Positions 38,601 to 50,034 of a DNA stretch of 64,000 bases are shown here, piece after piece. The stretch comes from Psammoneis japonica (lineage: Eukaryota): positions 186,001 through 250,000 of the forward strand of contig QPGO01000087.1 in the NCBI GenBank assembly GCA_008632985.1. The letters run 5' to 3'. The notes under the pieces are model-generated. The model made no database searches. It was not told where the DNA came from and was given only the letters and a program-made list of their open reading frames with translations. Position numbers and translations under genes: made by a program. Every line of letters begins with the position of its first letter. Positions within the stretch are counted from its first letter, which is position 1.

Positions 38601-39957
38601 TCATTGAGACAGAAACAATGTGCTGTTGAGACTTCAGCTGATCAATTGTTGACACCTGGACTGCATGGTGTGGTTGGCGGATCAGTGGATGATCGTGACA
38701 ACTTTGCAAGACAAAATTGCCAAGCACTGTCATTTGTGCTGAAGCAGAAAACAAACTTCCGGACTCCTTCACGATGCTCGTAGATGACAAAATGACAGCA
38801 GAAAAATCTGTGGATTGTGGAGTTGATGAGTTGTTGGACTTGTTGCATCACATGCTGCTTTTCCATTTGTTTTGCATTTGTGGGAAGGAACTCTGTGGAA
38901 AAACAGGAAAGGTGGATTTCAAGTGCAGCGTCATCCTGCTTGTGTTCAAGACAAAATCATGCCTTTGCCATGCAATGAACACTCACTTGTTCTGGACTGC
39001 CAAGTTCCATTCTTTGCTGCATCTCATTGTCCACTCTTTCCTTTTTGGGCAGACCATAAATTTCTCTGCCATGATTGGAGAGAGTCACCTGAAATTCTGG
39101 GCCAAGATGCCAGCAAAAACTTGCCAGGTTGCATTGGGTGCAGACAATTTCTTGGACCAACTTGTTGTTTGTTTGCATGACATGGCAGTGCTCAAGAAGG
39201 CACACAGCCTTCTCATCCCTCCCACGGTTGGTCAGGTGAACACATTTTCCTCTGAAGAAAAATTGATGCACCCTTTGTTTGTTGTGAACAGAATTGCCCA
39301 AACTTGCTGCCAGTGTTCAGGAAGCAACGAGAACAGGGTTGTCCCGGAAACGGCAGAGTTGGGCTCCACCCCGCCACTGCAGTTTTTGTTGTTGGCAATG
39401 GAGGAATTGTCAGCTGAGCATGATGAAGTTGTGGTTTGCATGGAGTTTGCCCCACCAGACAAAGGGATTTTAATGCGGGCATGCCTCAATTGTGACAACA
39501 ATGGGTTGTTGTGTAATGCACCCAGGGTCTTGTACGAAGAGGGCGCCGGTGAGAAAAAAGGCACCCTTTCATGCTCCGTGGTTTTGTGTCAGCTGATGAT
39601 GGAACAACACCACTTGCCACAGGACAGTCATGCAAGGAACAGACAAAGACATTGCATGACATGTCTTCCAATGGTGTGGTCGAGCACTGGGAACTTGAAA
39701 CATCAACTGTTGGTCATGGCAGAGATTCTCAGATGATCCCAAAATTTTGCTGTGCAAGCAGAGATGTAATCACAACGGGGTTTTTTTCTGTCCTGGTGCC
39801 CAACAACTGCAATGGAGAAACCATTGAAATGGTGGGATGCTTGAACTCATTGTTGTTTGTTGTGGACAGACACAATGACTGGCCGAAACATTTCCTGTCC
39901 AACAAAGTGCTCCAGCTTCACCTGGACAAATGCCAGAAATGGGAAAATGAGAAATGA
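35678..39957 (+). pseudogene. Plavaka-family transposase pseudogene
   Basis: N-terminal Zn finger CPWC..GF.S..GLSGH; SDKT......EP.......W.PLGFMPNL; LLGD......CG; ADTMHAMEVGVI; WTAKFHSLLH....FG..NF....GESHLKFWAKMPAKTCQ. Broken by frameshifts and TGA stops. Confidence 0.8.
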
Positions 39958-40031
39958 CAACGTGCCTTGGGAAAAAGGAAACATTCACAATTGTTTTGTG
40001 AGCAAACAGACATTGTTCGAATGAGTCAGCT

Positions 40032-40562
40032 CTAAAAGTGTGTTGACTCATCTAAAAGCATTGGTTGGTCGAGGTGGTTCTGTGTCCCAATGTCATCAAA
40101 AAGCATCTGCCCAGTGAAATTGTTGAAGAAAATCTTTGCGTTGTTCTGATGGTGCAAACGGCACACTGTGCAATCTTCAGAGAGGAAAACCTGATTGATC
40201 AGGGCAGGATGATGACCGGGAGAGTCAGGCCAGATGGCAGCACACCAGTCAGAGCCCAAATCATGACAAGGATGGTGGAACTCAATGCTGCAGGCATCAC
40301 AGGAAGGAAGAAGCAAACAACAGGCAATCGCAAAACCAGCACAACCACCGCCAATGTCAATGAAATTAAAAGGGCTTCGAGCATGAGCAGCAAAGAGAGC
40401 AGGGTGACAAATGACCTTGGCAGACAAGGCAAAGCTTGCCGCACCACCATGTGATTCCACACCGCCACCAGCAAAACGACCCATTTGATGATTGGTCGGC
40501 GGCGTGTCACTGCAATGCAGGGAACGCGCGTTCCTACAATGGGAACGATTCACAACAACCAC
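40032..40562 (-). pseudogene. DOT1-like class I SAM-dependent methyltransferase relic
   Basis: ES(H<Y)G, FIDIGGG(C<Y)AGF motif I, SIEF post-I, IFFNNF matching DOT1 IFVNNF, in DOT1-like order. Confidence 0.6.
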
Positions 40563-40769
40563 ATCTCAGTGACAACATGATGCTTCAGTGCCGTTGGAGG
40601 ACCAAAAGAGAATGTGTGAAATTGTGGAGGGGTGCGTTCCCTTGTGCACATGCACACGCATCATTGAGAAGTGGATTGGATCAGTTTGGGCAACAGAGAG
40701 AGCAGTTGGAGAGAGATGGCACAGCTCAGGGAAGTTGAGGGAATGATTGATTGAGATGTGATTGAACAA

Positions 40770-42360
40770 AAAAGAGGCAATGAGAGATGTGGATTTGCAC
40801 AAAAGAACAGGGGGTTTGACACAATTTTTTAAACCAAATGAAGCTGATGTTGTGTCAGGAAACAGGCGCAATGCATGCATTGAGACAAGCACACAAGATG
40901 TGTTTTTTGACACTGATTTAAATGACATGGCAATCTTCATTGAGGCATTGAATTGGCTTGCAATGGAGCACAATTCAAAACAGTGGAAGGTTGATAGAAA
41001 TTCAAACATGGGGTTGGAAATGAGCACTCAAAAATGATGCAAACACCTGTTTGAATCAAGAGAGGACACGCAAGCAATGACAAAACAGAGAAAATCACAT
41101 GCAAAGTGCACTCATTTTGCAACTTGCCTGTTCACAAACCAACAGGGCAAGGACAACAGTTCAACACAAGAGGCAGGAGCCATTGAGAAGGACAAAGAGA
41201 CAGTTGTCACAGGAGCAACAGAGGGAGGAAGTGAAACTTCAAGTGGCAAGTTGGGTTGAAAAGGGCATGACAAAGAGTTGCTGATGAACTGACAACCTGT
41301 GATTTGCCTGTGTGGTGTCACGCAAAGTTGCCATGAGTCCTGCAGTGGCAGCCTTGTTCAATGCACAAAGAAACAAACATGGGGAATTAAACAGATTCCA
41401 GTTCACAGGTGGGGATTTGAGTTCGGCGGTGACTCCCATGGAGGGATGTCTTGTGTTGGATCGTGCACCAGCAGTGGGCAAGAAATTGACAGGATCAATG
41501 CTGACAAAGGCAAAAAATGAAAAAGTGTTTGGCTGCATTGCAAGTTCACAATCTTTGACCAAGAACTTGCCACAGGAGGAGATCACATGAAAACAGTTCT
41601 GCAGGAGTCAAGGAGCATGGTGTCTTCACTGGAGGTGTTCTGGGAAGAATGCAAAGAGGTGTTCAGAACCAAACTCAACTGCAAGAGGAACAATGTGCAG
41701 GACAACATCAGGAGGAGAGTGACAGGCAAGCAGCTGTGTGCGTGCCTTTGATTGTGTTGGAGGCGACTGTCTGACAGGGTGAGTGTCACTTCCTTTGATT
41801 TTGTCTGTGCAGTTGCTGCTTTAGAGGGATCGCTGGTGGAGTGCAAGGATTTGACAAAGGGAAGAGCTGACAAGGACACATGCACTTGGTTCTTGGAAAC
41901 TGTGGTGCCGACGGTGGTGGGACAAGCGCAGTTTGGCAGAAGCACAACTGACATGCTCCAAGAGTGGCTCTCCATTTCATCGGAGGTGTTTGCTCTGCCA
42001 GTGTGCTTGAACTGCCACAACAAGGTGATGGACACGGCAGAGAAGTTGGAAAAGGAAGACAATGTTGCAAGGAGAAGGAAGCTGACAGTGCAAGATGCTG
42101 CTCCTACAAAGCACACAGTGCAGGCAGCGGGGGAATTGGCAAAGAGGAACCAAGGATGGAGCAAGGATGGGATCAAGAAGTGCAATGATCTGTGTCAGTG
42201 GGTGGTGAAAGACAGAGAGAACAACCAAGGATTTGGTGCATGGTTTGAGGAGAAAAGGCGAGAGAAGACAAACTTGTCCAGGGAGGAAAACAAGAAAACA
42301 CAAAAGAGAGGAAAAGAGAAAGGAGAGAGAGGAAGGAGGATGGGCAGCGCCAATGGGTGA
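40770..42360 (+). pseudogene. Transposon accessory ORF remnant (KYT...GWS.xG...YN.L-type domain)
   Basis: WFLETVVPTVVG..F, ISSEVFAL..CLN, TK(H<Y)T...NQGWSKDGIKK(C<Y)NDL..WVVKDR; resembles second ORFs I associate with this transposon type. Confidence 0.5.
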
Positions 42361-44054
42361 GGACCTGCCATTGCAGGTGGTGGCTGCCAGCAATGGAGTG
42401 GAAGCAATTGCTGCCATGGCAACCAACCAAACTGGTGTGTAAACACAAATTGCAGCAAACAACAAAATCCAAAAAAACAGATGAAAAACATTCTGCAAAG
42501 CAGTTTAAAAACAAGAACATGTGGCAGTTGGAAATTTGGATTTGAAAACAACATGGCAAAGAGATAAAATGTGGGATGACTTGGCAGACAAGGAGGGTGG
42601 ATTACAAGCAGCAACAAATGTGTTTAAAGAACAAGAAACCACAAATGTCAAATGGGGCGCAGATCGCCATTGTGTGCAAGAATGACCACACTTAAAAGTG
42701 GGAAGCGATTTGGGCTTTAGAAGCTCACAAACTTGTGCAGTTCTCATGTTGTGTTTAAGGAAAGACTTGGCTCATGAGTCAACAATGATCTGGGATTGCA
42801 GTCAACAAATGCCCAGATTGTGGCAGACGGTCAGACCCAGATTGTTGGCATCCCAGATGTGTGCGACATGCCAAGGTCACAGTTTCTGGCACACAATCAA
42901 TGCAAATGCAATTGGAGTGATTGCAAATTGTTTTGTAACAAGATTGGTCAGTGATGCATTGCCACCAATGCCGCGCATCCATTGTTGGGTTGTTCTCGAG
43001 TTCCAGAAGGGAAAAAGCCGGCTGCTGTTGCTTTGAGAGCTTCATTCATTCACCTGCTTGGACAGGGATTCAAGGGAAAAGGCAAAATGGTCATTGCAAG
43101 ACACCATTTTTACCTCAAGTTGATGGAGAGGAATGGAATCAAGAAATCCACATGACTTGCCACCGAGGATGGAGCGCAGATCAAGTTGGATCCGTTCTTG
43201 CCTGGTGCCGGAGGTGCACTTCGAAATGTCGCTGCTCCCATGGATTTGGATGCTGCCTGCAGCATGGGCATTGTGCATGAATCCAAGCATGTGTTGCTGG
43301 AGGAAAACATGGATGGAACCAACAAGCATGGACATGTCCAAGCACCGCTTGCCTCCAGAGGTGATGTGCAGGCCATCATCAACTCATTTTCCTCAGAACG
43401 AGCAGCTCGTGCCATCATCAGAAAATCTGTTGAAGGCAACAATGTTGAAGAAGCAATGGAGGAGGAGGAGGTTTCATCAGCCACTGCCGGTTGGACTGGC
43501 CCATTGGCACCTTCTGTTGTGCAACTCACACACAAACTGAGTGCCTTGTGCACAGAAACAATCGTCAGCAGCAGCGAGCCCACGGACAATGACAGTGATG
43601 AGGGGAGCTCATGTGCCATCCAGATGTTGTGGCTGTTGTGAAACTATGCTGCAAGCACTGTGACAAGATTGACTTGGTGCCACTTGGAAGAAACAAACAG
43701 AACATTCAAGCACACTTGCGTCCGTGTTCGTCTTATTGTCGCAATGAGCACACAACAAACAAATTATTGCACAATGTCGTGCTGAGTGTGCGAATGCGTG
43801 TGCGGACGACAACAGACGATTTATGCATCTCTGGTGCGTGCGTGCGTGCGTGCACGGTGCGTGCGCAGCAACCAGCAGCCATCATCCATCAGCCATCAGC
43901 GATCTACCGGTATCATTCGCAAGGAGGGAGATCGCAACGAGAAACTGTTTCGCAAGTAGTGCTTACAGCCAGTCTCTTCTTTACCGCTACTCTGTGCATT
44001 CGACAAAGGAAAGCTCTCTGGCGTCTTTGTATCCTGAAACGAGATTTTGGCATC

Positions 44055-44807
44055 ATGAAAATTGTATTTGTTCTGTCGTCCGTTTTGACGCTGACAGTTG
44101 AGGCGTGGGTTCCCTCTGGAACACTGCAACGCAGAGGAGTACGTAGTTCGGGGTTGAGACTTTCATCTGTGGCAATGCCGGGAAATCTACATGGTCAGAA
44201 CTCGTGCTTCATGCCAGTCCGGCAGCTTGATCAGGATTACTACTCTCCAAGAATTGTCCAGGTAGGCAAATGTGAGCGTTTCTCCGTTTCGTTTTGATTT
44301 TATTAAGTCGCCTCATCAGAATGACTTATCGACATCGTCTGATTGTAGATTGCCGGCGCATATCCCGGACTGACAGAGGAAGAATTCTTGGCAGTCACGT
44401 CCGAGCCTGCTGCCGAACTCGGGCAGTGGACTTATGATTTTAGCGATCCGGATGGACCGCAGGTAGGAACCGTAGCGATTGAAGGCAGTAGTACAGTTGC
44501 GGCTTGTGAAGATCCTGTAGTAATCATTGCGGAGCATGAGTCTGTAGGCGTTGGACTTCCAAAGGCAATCACTGAACCTGTGGACCTTGTTGTGCTTGTA
44601 GACAGGGCCAAAAGAACATTTGCGGAGCGTACGTTTTTAGTTCTGGACAGCCCAGGAACCGGTTTGATCATTGCTGGGTTCGCCACTAAAGCTGAACTAC
44701 CAGACGACTGTAATATCCTTGGCCAGGTAGTTCTTGTGCAGATCCCTTGGCTCCCTAGTATGAAACCGACAAAATCTGGCTTCATGGAAGCGGACGAGTA
44801 TTTCTAG
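44055..44807 (+). CDS. Conserved hypothetical protein, probably plastid-targeted; intron 44262-44348
   Basis: Signal peptide ending EA-WVP (ASAFAP-type motif); GT..AG intron joins the two exons in frame. Confidence 0.8.
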
Positions 44808-45419
44808 TAGCTGGAGCACGCGGGGTTGAAATTCTGGACTCAGTCAGGAACAATGTCTAAGCGAAGAAAATGGTGAAGTATTGTAGCAAATCCCAAAACA
44901 AGGCTTGGAGAAAAAAATAATTGTGCCGTACGTGCCATGTCACTAGTAGATGGATTCTGCTCAAAGCAGCTTCTCGCTCTATCTAGGTCCTAACAGTGCG
45001 GCATCACTTTCCGTAGGCGTCAGCCTTCGTTTGAGTCAGTCGTCAACTACACTCAAAAATGCCCATTCTGTGGTATATGGCAGCTAGTCAAATGAACAAG
45101 ACACAAGCATCGGTTGGCTAGGACAAAGACTCGCCACTTTAGTGCTCTAAACCTGGTGAGATGCAGCAGAACTCTGTACTGCACCCCCCTTGCTGTGGTC
45201 CTACACTACTCGATCACGCTTCGAAGCATCCACGACCACGACTATCGTACAGTACCGGTAGGGCCCTTGCCACCTAGTAGCAAGCTTGCTACTTTAAATT
45301 CGCAGGGCTACTCTCTGCCGTAGGTACCCTCTCTAGCTAGAGAGAGAGAGAGAGATCAGATTAGCCAAGCTACTCTAGAGAGTGCACAGGCTTAAATTGT
45401 GACTCTACAGTAGGGCCCT

Positions 45420-45894
45420 GTACCTTTTGCATTTTCGATTCAATGCCAAGGTGAACCTGGTGGTGACAAGTCAATGATTCATTCGTCATCATGCTGATGC
45501 CTCGACCGTCACATTCAACATCAATTTGGACAGTGAGAAGACATGGACGGGATCCTCTCTCATCTTGTTCCAGTAGGATGCATCAGGTCGAGTGGGCCCC
45601 TGGCATGGCCGTAATGCACTTGGGCAGGACGATGCATGCAGCACTTCATAGAGTCAGGCACAGGCACCAACTGGGTCATTTGGACGTTTGGAACCGGCGG
45701 TGGATGGACGTGTCTACGGAAGTCCGATTTTCTTCTTGGAAACGAATGGATGCAATGACTGCAAAGAAATCATGACCCCCCAAAAGAGCAAAGAGCGCTG
45801 GACCAAGCCGGTGGATGATGCTAAAGAGGCAGTGTACATGGATCGTTGGTCGCCGTTTCAATTGCCTTGTCAAAGTTATTTGTATTGGATGTGA
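45420..45894 (+). pseudogene. Fragment of a 2OG-Fe(II) oxygenase (PLOD/OGFOD2-like), 5'-truncated, frameshifted
   Basis: FSIQ(C<Y)..GDKS, IRHHADASTVTFNINL...WTGSSL, PGMAVMHLGRTMHAAL, IESGTGTNWVIW across frames. Confidence 0.7.
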
Positions 45895-46053
45895 ATTCGT
45901 TTGGTACAAATTATAAGTATGTGTTACTTAACGTTAAGAAATAATGTAGGTTGATAAAAATACGGTGTATCTTGCCACCTGGCTGGGGACGATAATAATA
46001 TCAACGTGTCAAACCAAGGATTGAGAAAAACCCACGTCGCGGCCATACAATGC

Positions 46054-46824
46054 TCAAAAGAAAACCCACGTGGTTGGGTTGGTCCCACCATGATCCAGCT
46101 TGGTCTCTAAAGATCCAGTCAGCTTAAGAACTTTGTAGCCGTACCATCCACAACATCCACTGTCATCAGTGTCAGAACTCCTTGCAAGGACAAACTCTTG
46201 TCCGTAAGTGAGAACGTCTCCCGTCTGCAGGCTGCTGTTGGGTGGTGGTCGAACGTACATCCAAGTAGCTTGACTAAAGCTGTCTGTGGCAAACTTCATC
46301 ATACGGCCATCCCTCTCCTTAAGTTTCCGCGGATGCACTTCACTATCGGCTCGGATGATAACCCGGTCACCGAACCTGATTTCGCCACCATAGCCCGAGT
46401 TACCTTGCTTGTGAACAGTGAACCCACCAAACCAATGATCGCCCCAAAAACCGGAGACTGTAACCATTTGCGTGCCCCCACCATGAAAAGCTTTCGCTGG
46501 AAGTTGCCTGTTTTGATTTGGATAACGCATCACCCGACATCCATACATGCCACAATTGCTTGTCCACCCATCAACAAAAGTCGATCCTTTGGACCAATGT
46601 ATCCTTTCTGTGTATTCGACCGGGTCACCGATCGTGTGCATTACTCCATCGTCGTCCCAAGAGCCCAGGCGGCGGGCTGCCATGTCTGTGTTGTTGGTAA
46701 TGCTTCCACGGAGATGGGGTGTCAGCGGATCCTCATTGCTGTCGTGGAGATTGGACCCAAAGGCACCAGAAGGCACCGTTGCGACCAAGAAGAAAGTGTA
46801 AATTACAAAGGAAGAAAGCTTCAT
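46054..46824 (-). CDS. Secreted protein with three-fold internal repeat (beta-trefoil-like)
   Basis: Signal peptide; HLRG...RRL pro-region; repeats GDPVEYTERI / GEIRFGDRVII / GDVLTYGQEFVL; CGMYGCRVM and CGWYGYKVL. Confidence 0.75.
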   Translation of the reverse strand: MKLSSFVIYTFFLVATVPSGAFGSNLHDSNEDPLTPHLRGSITNNTDMAARRLGSWDDDGVMHTIGDPVEYTERIHWSKGSTFVDGWTSNCGMYGCRVMRYPNQNRQLPAKAFHGGGTQMVTVSGFWGDHWFGGFTVHKQGNSGYGGEIRFGDRVIIRADSEVHPRKLKERDGRMMKFATDSFSQATWMYVRPPPNSSLQTGDVLTYGQEFVLARSSDTDDSGCCGWYGYKVLKLTGSLETKLDHGGTNPTTWVFF

Positions 46825-47066
46825 GGTGTTATCGTTGCCTTAGTTCGTAAGTTTGCGTGCTGCATTTTGGCAAATTCTCAGTTTTATGATCACCGTTGCA
46901 CCTCTCTCAACTTCCAAGAAAGATGCCAACTTCGCTCGAAAATGCTGCATGCAGTTGCGTGTTGTGCCAATAAATTACAGTAATGCATGGCGCGTGTACC
47001 GTACGGTACTACCGGTAGGCTTTATTTCTGCGAATTCTTTGTCCATAACATTCTGAGTTCGTGTGT

Positions 47067-47930
47067 ACTGACGTCAGTCATGTTTAACCAAAGAGAACCC
47101 AAACGCAGCTAGCCAGAGTACAGATACTTCAGTACTGAATGTAATGCATCGGCAATGCCTTATGTAAAAGGTCTTTTGTGATGTCATTATGCACGAATGA
47201 CAAAAAGTGACATCACAGTGCAACTCCGACAGCAAACTGCCCGCCAAAATAACGGCATCACGTAGAATTTCGAAGAGCTCGTACGAAGTTCTGGGTTTCG
47301 CGCGCTGACAGCAGACTTGCGTCGTTCTTGCGTCACTCGTCTCAACACCGTTTTCAACAAAATATTTTGTTCAGACCGTCCAAATCTCCCACCAACAGGT
47401 GCGCATCTATCGATCATGTTGTGTGTTGCCTGTGTTTGCAATGAAATAGTTGTTGTCGATGAATGGTCATTTTGAATTTGTGGAGAGTGCCATTTTTGAT
47501 CCGATCAAGAATGCCGATCGCGTCACATCTTGAACGTCATCGTCGACACCATACGCCTTGGTGATGTAATCGTGACGCGCATTTTGCCAGCTGCTGCGAT
47601 TTTTTTAGACTGACGTCAATGCGATTATTTTAGCTATGAAACTGCCGGAAATTGCTGAATGTGACACTGGGTTCGTTGAATCTCCACGTAGAAAATGTAC
47701 TGGACGCTACGCTTGTTCTTTCTACGACCGGTTCGGGAAGTGACGTCCCGCTGTAGAATCTAGTACTGGATTGTCGTAGCTTGGTGTTCGGATTTATGGT
47801 CGTGTTGTTCTGCACGTCAGCTTGCTCGCTTCAAACGCCACCTTGAAAAGCACTCGATCGCTCCAATTGCACAACGCAACATCACGTCTGCTGACATCAA
47901 CATCACGTCCCCCTGTTCCAACTGACGTCG
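47067..47930. promoter_or_regulatory. Cluster of TGACGT / CRE-type bZIP sites
   Basis: TGACGTCA at 47069 and 47611; TGACGT or ACGTCA at 47534, 47741, 47814 and 47923. Confidence 0.55.
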
Positions 47931-47984
47931 TTATCACGTTGCCCCTCATTCGTCATCCTATTTGAATCCAGATTGACACCAACA

Positions 47985-49112
47985 ATGATGAAGTCCGAAG
48001 GCCCGATCGATCCTGCTCTCGGAGTACCTCCTGAAACGCTCGTCGAAGCAGATGGAGCATTGCCAATGCGTAAGCGGAAGAAGACAGACGAAGAGGTTTC
48101 CGCAGAAGGTGGAGTACTAAGTGTTGCTAGGGCTGAAGACGCTGGCCTGAAACCCCTGAAACGGCCGCCAATGTCAAAAGCTCGCGAGATTCGGCTGGAG
48201 CAGAACCGCAAGGCGGCACGAGAGTCACGTCGTCGTAAGAAAGTGATGATTGAAGAACTGCAGCGGTCTGTCATTTTTTTTTCTCGTGCCAACGGAACGT
48301 TGAAGCAGCAAAATGACGAGCTCAGTCGTATCCTTATGCAAGCTCAGTCTCAAGTCAACGCTCTCGAATCCGGACAGCAGCAGCAATCGCAACAACAAGC
48401 GCAAACACAGGAGAACAAGTCTACCGAACAACAAGGTATTACTCAGCCCAAGATCGAGGGAGAAACACAGCCTCCTGCTGCAGCTGCACCTGCCCCGCAG
48501 TTTCAGTTTCAGAACCTAGCTCAACAAGCGCAAGCTCAGGCTGTTGCAACGCAAGCCATGTACGAGAGCCAAGGATTTCCTGCGGCGGCAGCACGTACAG
48601 CAGCGCAAACCATGACTGCGGGTGCTCCCCAACCCGCCAGCGCAGCTCCGCAGGCGGCCGCTCCAAGCAATGGCACGGCTGTCGCAGCTCCCGCCCCAAC
48701 TGCGGCTACCGGATTGCAGGGCAATCCTCAAACCGGAGCCACCATGCAGGCGATGGCAAACTTCCAACAAGCTGCCGCTGCCGCAGTTCAAGCCGCCATG
48801 GCAATGACTCCCGGTGCCGCTGCCCCCGGTAGTAACCCACAGCAGGCCTACACGGACACGCTCAACGCGTTTGCTATGCAACAAGCTGCCGCCGCCGCGG
48901 CCGGTCAAGCAGCCCCATTTGCGGTTCTGGGAATGCCGCAAATGCAACAACCGGGCTTTGTACAAGCTGTGCCAGCAGGAAACCAAGTCGCCTGGCAGCA
49001 GCAACAACAGCAGCAGCCGCAAGCGCCGCAAGCACCACAAGCTGCTCCCGCCGCGGGTCAACCAGCGGCGCCTACAGCGCAAGCTCAACCAAGTGCTGGT
49101 GGGTCTGCTTGA
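47985..49112 (+). CDS. bZIP transcription factor with Gln/Ala/Pro-rich C-terminus
   Basis: REIRLEQNRKAARESRRRKKVMIEEL basic region followed by leucine zipper. Confidence 0.93.
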   Translation: MMKSEGPIDPALGVPPETLVEADGALPMRKRKKTDEEVSAEGGVLSVARAEDAGLKPLKRPPMSKAREIRLEQNRKAARESRRRKKVMIEELQRSVIFFSRANGTLKQQNDELSRILMQAQSQVNALESGQQQQSQQQAQTQENKSTEQQGITQPKIEGETQPPAAAAPAPQFQFQNLAQQAQAQAVATQAMYESQGFPAAAARTAAQTMTAGAPQPASAAPQAAAPSNGTAVAAPAPTAATGLQGNPQTGATMQAMANFQQAAAAAVQAAMAMTPGAAAPGSNPQQAYTDTLNAFAMQQAAAAAAGQAAPFAVLGMPQMQQPGFVQAVPAGNQVAWQQQQQQQPQAPQAPQAAPAAGQPAAPTAQAQPSAGGSA

Positions 49113-49967
49113 GCAGGGGAATAACACACTCACTCATTCTGGGAGGGAAGAAACTAGTTGTTTCTAATGTTATAATAGTGCACTCGTGTCAAAATGTGTC
49201 ATAGAACATAGAACTGGTGCTGAGCGCTCGAGGTTCAAAGTGGAACCTTGTCCTTTAGTCGAGTGGGTCTTTCGGAGAGATCGCAGGACCTGATGCAAAA
49301 TTCAAAGCTTGGCGTTGGCGCTACTACAGTACTATCTTCTCGCTTATGCAAATTTCAAAGAGAAGATTAGAGAGAGTCTAGTCCATCTCTAAGAGAAGGA
49401 CTCTCTCTATAGAGAAGGACTCTCTCTAATACCGGATACCGGAAAGCTGTCATCAACGTTGCAACCGCCAACCGCCACACCCTATTTGTCCAGGAAAATC
49501 TAAAGCGCAGCTTGAAGCTTGGCAAATCTCAATACGGTACTGTAAGCATCATGTCGTTTGTGTCTGTTCAATATCTTTGAACCAAATTTTGGCGGGAAAA
49601 CTACAAAGTCTACTCAATGCCATCGCGCATCAGCGACAGATGAAAAGTAGCAAGATACGGTAGTTTGAGTATGTAATCACGCTTTCACTCCAACGACAAG
49701 ATCAGGACGGACAGAGTTCACCCAAACGAACCATCAGCGCTGCTGCTGCTTGCTGACATTGTGAAAGCCATTTAATGCTGTCGGTCTGTTATTATTCGAC
49801 GTCCCTCGGAAAAGTGCGACATTTCTGTTGCAACAGTTCGGACCGCGTGTGGTCGTTGGTCGTTTATTCGGCTGACAGGCGGAGAACACAGAGAACTGGT
49901 CGGTCGATGGAGCATGGCATTGGATGCATTGTATTGAAACGACAGCGCTCGAATACATTCATTGCTA

Positions 49968-49971
<4 letters not shown>

Positions 49972-50006
<35 letters not shown>

Positions 50007-50034
50007 GAGAGAGAGAGGAGAGAGAGAGAGAGAG
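49972..50034. repeat. (CT)n-(AG)n inverted microsatellite centred on CTAG
   Basis: Long ctctct tract directly followed by agagag tract. Confidence 0.9.

Larger units (their letters stand above)
32200..43850 (+). mobile_element. Heavily mutated transposon block 2 (TpA/CpG-depleted) containing a Plavaka-type element; boundaries approximate, possibly composite
   Basis: Contains Plavaka transposase remnants, an accessory ORF remnant and a methyltransferase relic; composition contrasts sharply with flanking genes. Confidence 0.8.

Noticed and set aside
32200..43850. Alternative genetic code or TGA readthrough (selenoprotein, foreign insert)
   Set aside because: The bias affects both strands and all frames, comes with frameshifts, and fades gradually into host DNA, so it is mutational rather than recoding.
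14350..43850. Classical fungal RIP
   Set aside because: RIP depletes CpA/TpG and enriches TpA; the opposite is seen here.
43611..44054. Long N-terminal extension of the 44055 gene
   Set aside because: Open only because the upstream DNA is TpA-depleted; the signal peptide begins at ATG 44055.
46198..46983. 261-aa plus-strand ORF and similar antisense ORFs (48516-49133, 53407-54117, 30921-31598)
   Set aside because: Shadows of well-supported genes on the opposite strand, with no motifs of their own.
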